Assembly (NCBI RefSeq): GCF_001017655.1
Contig: NZ_CP010904.1
Span: forward strand, 1,680,001 to 1,712,000
Origin: Kiritimatiella glycovorans
GTDB taxonomy: Bacteria > Verrucomicrobiota > Kiritimatiellia > Kiritimatiellales > Kiritimatiellaceae
Direction: 5' to 3'
Length of the DNA stretch: 32,000 bases
The position numbers and the translations under genes were made by a program. The notes under the pieces were generated by a model. The model had not been told where the DNA came from. It saw only the letters and a list, made by a program, of their open reading frames with translations, and did not search any database. Numbering within the stretch: the first letter of the stretch is position 1; every line of letters starts with the position of its first letter. Shown piece after piece: positions 26,306 to 32,000 of this stretch.

Positions 26306-26814
26306 GCGTCAGGCGGGTCGACTGGCGTCCATTCGCGGTTCTCTTTTTCTGAACCGCGAATAACGGGCTCTACGTATTTTTTTGGTTCTTCGCAGATTTT
26401 TGTGGTGGAGCCGTTCGGGGAAGAGGCGGGATGGGGATTCACCACAGCGGTCACAGAGGATGCCGGAGTCGGGATGGGAGACGACAAACGTTCGTAGTAG
26501 CGCCGCAAGGCCCGGAGGGCCAAGGCGCGTGAAAGATAACGGCCCTGGCCCTGCTTCGCAGGCCTGCGGGCCTACTACGAGCGTAAGAAAGAACACGGAT
26601 GGGATCTCGAAATCCGGATCGAAGTCGAAATCGGGATTCAGAGAGAACATAATTCGTACTCGTACTCGAGTTCCTTGAACAGGGGGAGTGGGATCGCGCC
26701 TTCGGCGGTCCGAGTACGCGTACGAGTACGAGTATAAGAGTACGAATGATGTTCACCCCTTCATGCTCTTCATGGCCTTCATGGTGAATCCCACTCTCTC
26801 CCCGCGATCCCGAT
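26300..26814 (+). repeat. Uninterrupted copy (modules A+B) of the structured intergenic repeat; fills the entire htpG-rph intergenic space
   Basis: Module A (26300-26594) matches 18904-19043 but has about 150 extra bp. Module B (26593-26814) matches 22606-22822. Contains hairpins 26332-26360, 26488-26584 and 26649-26750. No ORF is conserved between the copies. Confidence 0.85.
26332..26360 (+). terminator. Possible htpG terminator hairpin inside the repeat
   Basis: Perfect 10-bp stem ttcgcggttc / gaaccgcgaa with loop tctttttct, 27 nt after the htpG stop. The T-run (26377-26383) is not adjacent to the stem, so this is not a canonical intrinsic terminator. Confidence 0.3.
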
Positions 26815-26816
26815 GA

Positions 26817-27596
26817 TTAACCCGACGCGGAGATGACCGACTCCTGCAGCTCCAGCAGTTCCCCGATCCCCTTCTCCGCGAGGCCGAGCATGGCGTCGAG
26901 CTGGTCCCGGGAGAACGGTCGTTCCTCGGCGGTGCCCTGAAGTTCGATGAACTTTCCGGAGGCGGTCATCACGACGTTCATATCGACCTCCGCGGCCGAG
27001 TCTTCCACGTAGCAGAGATCCAGCAGCGGGGTCTTTTCGACCACCCCTACGCTCACGGCGGCCAACGGTTCACTGATGGGGTTCTCTTTGATCAGCCCCG
27101 TATTGCGCATGTGGTTCACGGCGAGTCGCAACGCAACATAGGCGCCGGTGATTGAAGCCGTGCGCGTCCCGCCGTCGGCCTGGATCACGTCGCAGTCGAG
27201 GTAGATCTGGCGGCGTCCCAGTTTCTCCAGGTCGACCACCGCCCGCAGCGCGCGTCCGATCAGCCGCTGGATCTCCATGGTCCGTCCGCCCGGTTTGCCG
27301 GCGGAGACCTCGCGGCGATTGCGGTCGGCGGTCGCCGCGGGCAGCATACCGTATTCCGCGGTCAGCCATCCACCGGGAACGTTCTGAGCGCGCATCCAGC
27401 CCGGCACGCTTTCATCGACGCTTGCCGTGCAGATGACACGCGTATTCCCCATGGCGATCAGCACGGACCCGCGCGCCGAGCGGATAAACCCGGGTTCGAT
27501 CGCGACCGTGCGCAGCTCGTCGGCCGCCCGTCCGTCCTCACGCTCATAAGGCGGAAGTTCCAGCTCGTCTTTGTCCAGTTCCTCAAATCCCTTCAT
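26817..27596 (-). CDS. rph: Ribonuclease PH
   Basis: 259 aa, near-collinear with E. coli RNase PH: [88 protein letters not shown]. It has an acidic N-terminal extension of about 20 aa. Confidence 0.92.
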   Translation of the reverse strand: MKGFEELDKDELELPPYEREDGRAADELRTVAIEPGFIRSARGSVLIAMGNTRVICTASVDESVPGWMRAQNVPGGWLTAEYGMLPAATADRNRREVSAGKPGGRTMEIQRLIGRALRAVVDLEKLGRRQIYLDCDVIQADGGTRTASITGAYVALRLAVNHMRNTGLIKENPISEPLAAVSVGVVEKTPLLDLCYVEDSAAEVDMNVVMTASGKFIELQGTAEERPFSRDQLDAMLGLAEKGIGELLELQESVISASG

Positions 27597-27660
27597 GGCG
27601 TCCCCTTTTAAGCGATGTCTGTATTCCTTCGCCGCAAAGTTCAGTCCCGCGGCGGTTTCG

Positions 27661-28839
27661 TCACGCCCCCGTCATATTGCGGAACACCCCGCGGCCGATC
27701 GTGCCCAGCGAGCCCCCCGCGCAGGCCTCCTCGCTCCACCGGATCGTATCGTCCGCGGCGAGTCCTTCGCCGGCGGCAATGAACGGAACGCGGTCGGCGA
27801 CCGGCCGGCCCTCCGCCGAGCTGAACACCCGGTCGCTCGTCAGCGCGATACGATAGGGCCGGCTGGCCTCGAGCACCGAGAGCAGCGGGTCGAGCACGCG
27901 GCGGTCGAACGTCTCGAGGGCGCGTATTTTTTCCGCCGTGCCGGGAAATCGCCCGCCGGCCCGCGGGGCCTCCGCAAACAGGATCAGCAGCCGCGATTTG
28001 CGCAGGGCGGCCACCAGATCGGGCAGGCGGAAGGCCTCCGACCGCGCCCCTGCATTCCAGGGCTCGTGCAGGTCGAGCCCTGGCATACCGGTTTTTCCGG
28101 CGAGTCCGCGGGCGCCGGAGGCGTTCGTGAGAAGCGTCCGATCCGCCCAGTCGTATCCGGACGGGAAGTCCGCGACCGCCCCCCCGCCCCACAGCCAGAG
28201 GCTGTCGGCGGGATCCTCGCCGAGGTCGACGCGCACCCGGTTGACCGGGTGGTCGCGGAAGAGTTCCCGGGAACGCTCCATGAGGTCGCCGGCGGGATGG
28301 CCCCGGCGGCTCATGCGGTCGAGGTAGCGGGAATAACGGCGTGTACCCCAGAGCCAGGGGGGCGTACCGTCGGCGATCTCCATGCCTCCGGACCGGAGCA
28401 GCACGGCGGCCCGGCCGCGCGCGACCGGCATGACGCGCACCGAGTCGCCTGCGTCGTTCTCCAGGGACTCTCCCAGCAGACGCAGTTCATCGGAACTGAG
28501 ATCCAGGGGGTCGCTGTCGTGAAGCCGGTCGTTCTCCAGGGTCACGGCGCTGGCGCTGAACGCACAGTCGGCCTCGCCGCCTTCCAGCCCTGCGGCGGCC
28601 GCATCGAGCGGACCGCTCCGCAGCCCGGCCGCATCGCCGGGCGCCATCCCCATCAGCTCCCCCAGAATCACCGCCTCTTCGCGGGGCTCGTCCCCGGCCG
28701 GCTCGAGCATCCCGCCCTGCCCCTCGCGGGCGAGCTGTTCGATGTGGGGAACCCGGGCCACGTCGAGGGGCGTCCGCCCCTCCAGGGCTTCAAGGGGGCG
28801 GTCCGCCACGCCGTTCAATATGAGCAGCACCGACTTCAA
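27661..28839 (-). CDS. ApgM-like (cofactor-independent phosphoglycerate mutase / alkaline-phosphatase superfamily) protein with degenerate active-site motifs
   Basis: 392 aa. The TTG start at 28839 overlaps the hom stop (TTGA). N-terminus [40 protein letters not shown] is collinear with archaeal-type ApgM (..LILDGxxDRP...TPL..A.TP.MD.LA..G), but key residues differ (see findings). Confidence 0.65.
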   Translation of the reverse strand: MKSVLLILNGVADRPLEALEGRTPLDVARVPHIEQLAREGQGGMLEPAGDEPREEAVILGELMGMAPGDAAGLRSGPLDAAAAGLEGGEADCAFSASAVTLENDRLHDSDPLDLSSDELRLLGESLENDAGDSVRVMPVARGRAAVLLRSGGMEIADGTPPWLWGTRRYSRYLDRMSRRGHPAGDLMERSRELFRDHPVNRVRVDLGEDPADSLWLWGGGAVADFPSGYDWADRTLLTNASGARGLAGKTGMPGLDLHEPWNAGARSEAFRLPDLVAALRKSRLLILFAEAPRAGGRFPGTAEKIRALETFDRRVLDPLLSVLEASRPYRIALTSDRVFSSAEGRPVADRVPFIAAGEGLAADDTIRWSEEACAGGSLGTIGRGVFRNMTGA

Positions 28840-30137
28840 TCGTCAAAATCCTCGATCGCAAGACGGACGATATCCTCGCCGACGACCTCGAGCGAGCGGA
28901 TCGCCTCGACGGCCGCCTCGTAGCGGGACTCCCGGGCCTTATGGGTCAGGACGATCACCGGGGCGTATTCCCCTTCCCGCCGCTCTTTCTGGAGCACGGA
29001 GGCGATACTGATGCCGTGGGCGCCGAGCACTTCGGCGACTTTCGCGAGCACGCCGGGCCGGTCGATCAGCGCGAGACGGAGATAGCAGCGCAGAGGCGCG
29101 TCGCCCGCCGGAAGCAGGTCGAGGCTTCGCGAAGACGAAATCCTCGGCCGCGGCGCCGCGCCGGCGGCACGATCGCCTGCGGCCTGAACGAGATCGCCGA
29201 TCACCGCGCTGGCGGTGGGATAGCGGCCGGCGCCCCGGCCGTAGTACATCGTCTCGCCCGTGAGATCGCCCTCCACGGCCACCGCGTTGAACACCCCGCC
29301 GACCGAGGCCAGCGGATGCTGCCGGGGCACCAGGGCCGGCTCCACGCGCAGCTCGATTCCGTTTTCGCGCTGCCGCACGATGGCGAGCAGCTTGATCCGG
29401 TATCCGAGTTCCGCGGCGTACTCGATTTCGCCGGAGGCGATGCCCCGGATACCGCGGACCCTGATGCCGTCCATCGGGAGCGGGGCGCCGTAGGCCAGCG
29501 CGGCCAGGATCACCGCCTTGTGCGCGGTATCGAATCCGTCCACGTCCAGTCCCGGCTCCGCCTCGGCATAGCCCGCTCTCTGGGCCTCGGCCAGCACGTG
29601 CTCGAAGGACAGGCGATCGGACTCCATCCGGCTGAGGATGTAATTGCAGGTGCCGTTGAGAATGCCGTACATGCGTTCCACCCGCTCGCCGACCAGTCCC
29701 CCGCACAGGGCGCGCAGGATCGGGATCCCGCCGCCCACCGCCGCCTCGAAGTACAGCCCGGCCTCCGCCCGCTCCACGGCGTCGAAGATCTCTTTTCCGT
29801 GCTCCGCCAGCAGGGCCTTGTTGGCCGTAACGACCGGTTTACCGGCCTTGAGTGCCCGAAGGGTCAGCTCCCGGGCCGCGCCCTCGCCGCCGATCAGTTC
29901 GGCGACCACATCGATCCCGGGATCGTCGACCAGCGAAGCGGCATCGGCGGTGAGCAGCGCGCGATCGACCTCCACGCCGCGGTCCGTTTCCAGATCGAGA
30001 TCGGCGATGCCGCCGACCTCAAGATTGAGGCCGGTCCGTTCGGCGATCCGTGCGCCGTTGCGCCTCAATCCTTCGACGACTCCCGCACCGACCGTCCCGA
30101 ATCCCAGGATCCCCACTCGTACCGTTTTCATCCGCAT
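28836..30137 (-). CDS. hom: Homoserine dehydrogenase with C-terminal ACT domain
   Basis: NAD-binding N-terminus VRVGILGFGTVGAGVV. Also VVTANKALLA, GGIPILRAL, LNGTCNYILSRM and a C-terminal ACT-like segment (YLRLALIDRPGVLAKVAEVLGAHGISIASV). ATG at 30137 shares one nt with the ackA stop; a TTG at 30140 is also possible. Confidence 0.9.
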   Translation of the reverse strand: MRMKTVRVGILGFGTVGAGVVEGLRRNGARIAERTGLNLEVGGIADLDLETDRGVEVDRALLTADAASLVDDPGIDVVAELIGGEGAARELTLRALKAGKPVVTANKALLAEHGKEIFDAVERAEAGLYFEAAVGGGIPILRALCGGLVGERVERMYGILNGTCNYILSRMESDRLSFEHVLAEAQRAGYAEAEPGLDVDGFDTAHKAVILAALAYGAPLPMDGIRVRGIRGIASGEIEYAAELGYRIKLLAIVRQRENGIELRVEPALVPRQHPLASVGGVFNAVAVEGDLTGETMYYGRGAGRYPTASAVIGDLVQAAGDRAAGAAPRPRISSSRSLDLLPAGDAPLRCYLRLALIDRPGVLAKVAEVLGAHGISIASVLQKERREGEYAPVIVLTHKARESRYEAAVEAIRSLEVVGEDIVRLAIEDFDD

Positions 30138-31354
30138 CAAACCTTCTCTGATTCTACTTCCGATATCAGCCGGTAGGTATCGCGCGCGATAACCAGCTCT
30201 TCATCGGTATGGATGACCAGCCCCGCGACCGCCGAATCCTCCGTCGTGATGACGGTCTCGTGATTCCGGTTGGCTTCGACATCGACCTTGAGTCCGAGGA
30301 ACCCGAAATTCTCGAGCACGGAGGCCCGGATATGGTGCTCATTCTCACCCACTCCGGCGGTAAAGACAATAGCATCCACTCCGTTCATGGCGGCGGCGTA
30401 GGCGCCGATGTACTTCTGGATACTGTACACGTACATCTCCACCGCCTCCGCGGCCTCCCGGTCTCCTTCGACGACGGCCGAGCGGATGTCGCGCATGTCG
30501 CGCCGGCCGCAAATCCCGAGCAGTCCGCCCTGTTTGTTCATGATGGCGCTGACCTGCGAGACGCTGAGCCCCTCGTTTTCCATCATGTGCAGCGGAATGT
30601 AGGGATCCAGGTCGCCCGAGCGGGTACCCATGACGATCCCTGCCAGCGGGGTGAAGCCCATGGACGTGTCGATCGACTTCCCATCCTCGAAGGCGGTGAT
30701 CGATCCGCCGTTCCCCAAGTGGCAGGTGATGATCTTCAGGTCCCGCAGGGGCCGGCCCAGGGCCTCGGCGGCCTGCCCGGCGACGTATCCGTGCGACGTC
30801 CCGTGAAACCCGTAGCGGCGGATGCGGTAATTCTTGTACTGCTCGCGCGGCAGCCCGTACATGTAGGCCTTGCGGGGCATAGTCTGGTGAATGGCCGTAT
30901 CGAAGACCGCGACCTGCGGAATGTCCGGCAGGATCTCGTAGACGGCCTGGATACCCATCAGGTTGGGAGGATTGTGCAGCGGGGCGAGATCGGCGTTCTT
31001 CCGGATCGCCTTGACCACTGCCTTGTTGATCCGCACCGAACGGGTGAAATCCTCGCCCCCGTGGACGACGCGGTGGCCCACGCCCCACAGGTCGTCCAGG
31101 GACTGGAGCACGCCCTTTTCAGAATCCTGAAGCATCTCCAGGATGCCGTTGATCGCCTGTTTATGATCCTTGATCTCCCCGTACCGGTGCAGCTTGGCGC
31201 CGTCGCTGCGCTTCTGCTCAAGCGTCGAGCCCGTGATGCCGATGCGGTCGGCCTGCCCCCTGGCGAGCACCTCGTACTCGTCGTTTCCGTCGGTGACTTC
31301 GAAAAGCTGGTACTTGATGGATGAGGATCCGGAATTGATTACTAGAATTTTCAT
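30137..31354 (-). CDS. ackA: Acetate kinase
   Basis: 405 aa. MKILVINSGSSSIKYQLF, GHRVVHGG, RRYGFHGTSH, CHLGNGGSI and FTAGVGEN are all canonical AckA motifs. The start overlaps the pta stop (ATGA at 31351-31354). Confidence 0.93.
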   Translation of the reverse strand: MKILVINSGSSSIKYQLFEVTDGNDEYEVLARGQADRIGITGSTLEQKRSDGAKLHRYGEIKDHKQAINGILEMLQDSEKGVLQSLDDLWGVGHRVVHGGEDFTRSVRINKAVVKAIRKNADLAPLHNPPNLMGIQAVYEILPDIPQVAVFDTAIHQTMPRKAYMYGLPREQYKNYRIRRYGFHGTSHGYVAGQAAEALGRPLRDLKIITCHLGNGGSITAFEDGKSIDTSMGFTPLAGIVMGTRSGDLDPYIPLHMMENEGLSVSQVSAIMNKQGGLLGICGRRDMRDIRSAVVEGDREAAEAVEMYVYSIQKYIGAYAAAMNGVDAIVFTAGVGENEHHIRASVLENFGFLGLKVDVEANRNHETVITTEDSAVAGLVIHTDEELVIARDTYRLISEVESEKV

Positions 31355-32000
31355 GATGACTCGTTTCTCCCGTCGATGGCCTGCCGGGCGGTGATGGCGA
31401 CTACGCCGATGATATCGTCGACGCTGCAGCCGCGCGAAAGGTCGTTGACCGGCCGGGCGAGACCCTGCAGCACGGGTCCGTAGGCCTCGGCTCCGCCGAG
31501 GCGCTGCACCAGCTTATACCCGATGTTTCCGGCGTTTAGATCGGGAAAGATGAGCACGCGCGCCTCGCCGCCGAGCGGGCTTCCGGGAGCCTTCCGCTCC
31601 GCCACGCCGGGAACGATGGCCGCGTCGACCTGGAGTTCGCCGTCCAGCGCCACTTCATGCTCTTCGCCGGACTCCGCGAGCATCTCCTGCGCCCTCCGGG
31701 TCGCCTCCACCACCTTCCGGGTCAACACACTGTCTGCCGAACCTTTCGTGGAGTAGGACAGCAGGGCCACGCGGGCGGGAATGCGGAACTGACGCGCGGA
31801 ACGGGAACTCTCGATGGCGATCTTTGCGAGCTGTTCGGCATCCGGGTTTTCCACGAGTCCGGCATCGGAAAAGATGTACGGAACCCCTTCGCACACCATA
31901 AAGAAAAGGCTCGATACCATCGAACCCTTCCGCTTGCCCCGCACGAGCTGCAGCGCGGGCCGGACCGTGTCGGCCGTCGAATGGACCGCGCCGGAGACGA
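31351..32000 (-). CDS. pta: Phosphate acetyltransferase, C-terminal part (gene continues beyond the window)
   Basis: The frame stays open to the window edge. VSGAVHSTADTVRPALQLV precedes the GTG used by the ORF track. Pta motifs follow: FSDAGLVENPDAEQLAKIA, IFPDLNAGNIGYKLVQRL, GPVLQGLARPVNDLSRGCSVDDI. Confidence 0.88.
   Translation of the reverse strand, partial: VSGAVHSTADTVRPALQLVRGKRKGSMVSSLFFMVCEGVPYIFSDAGLVENPDAEQLAKIAIESSRSARQFRIPARVALLSYSTKGSADSVLTRKVVEATRRAQEMLAESGEEHEVALDGELQVDAAIVPGVAERKAPGSPLGGEARVLIFPDLNAGNIGYKLVQRLGGAEAYGPVLQGLARPVNDLSRGCSVDDIIGVVAITARQAIDGRNESS

Overview
High-GC (about 60-65%) bacterial chromosome segment. The gene content (secreted sulfatases fused or clustered with glycoside hydrolases) suggests a PVC-type glycan degrader such as Kiritimatiellia or Verrucomicrobia, but that is a guess. 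Left to right: (1) a sulfated-glycan degradation cluster on the minus strand (sulfatase-GH89 fusion, large GH20 protein) with a divergent AraC regulator and a second sulfatase; (2) an ArnT/GT39-like membrane glycosyltransferase and two CxxC thioredoxin-fold proteins; (3) a DeoR-regulated 2-oxoacid (pyruvate/acetoin-type) dehydrogenase operon with a fused E1 alpha-beta gene, a frameshifted E2 and an E3; (4) an accessory island at 18.9-23.6 kb. In the island, a ~515-bp structured intergenic repeat is split by a 3.56-kb nested insertion made of an IS110-family element and a group II intron, followed by a vapBC toxin-antitoxin pair. An uninterrupted copy of the same repeat lies at 26.3-26.8 kb and serves as an empty-site reference; (5) a DUF1638-like gene and htpG; (6) a tightly coupled minus-strand chain pta-ackA-hom-ApgM-like, then rph. 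The most interesting items are the nested mobile elements with a candidate IS110 guide (bridge/seek) RNA, the uncharacterised structured repeat family, an ApgM-like protein that seems to have lost its metal and nucleophile residues, and the sulfatase-NAGLU fusion. No rRNA, tRNA or CRISPR array was seen. All calls rest on motif recognition by eye, without any database search.
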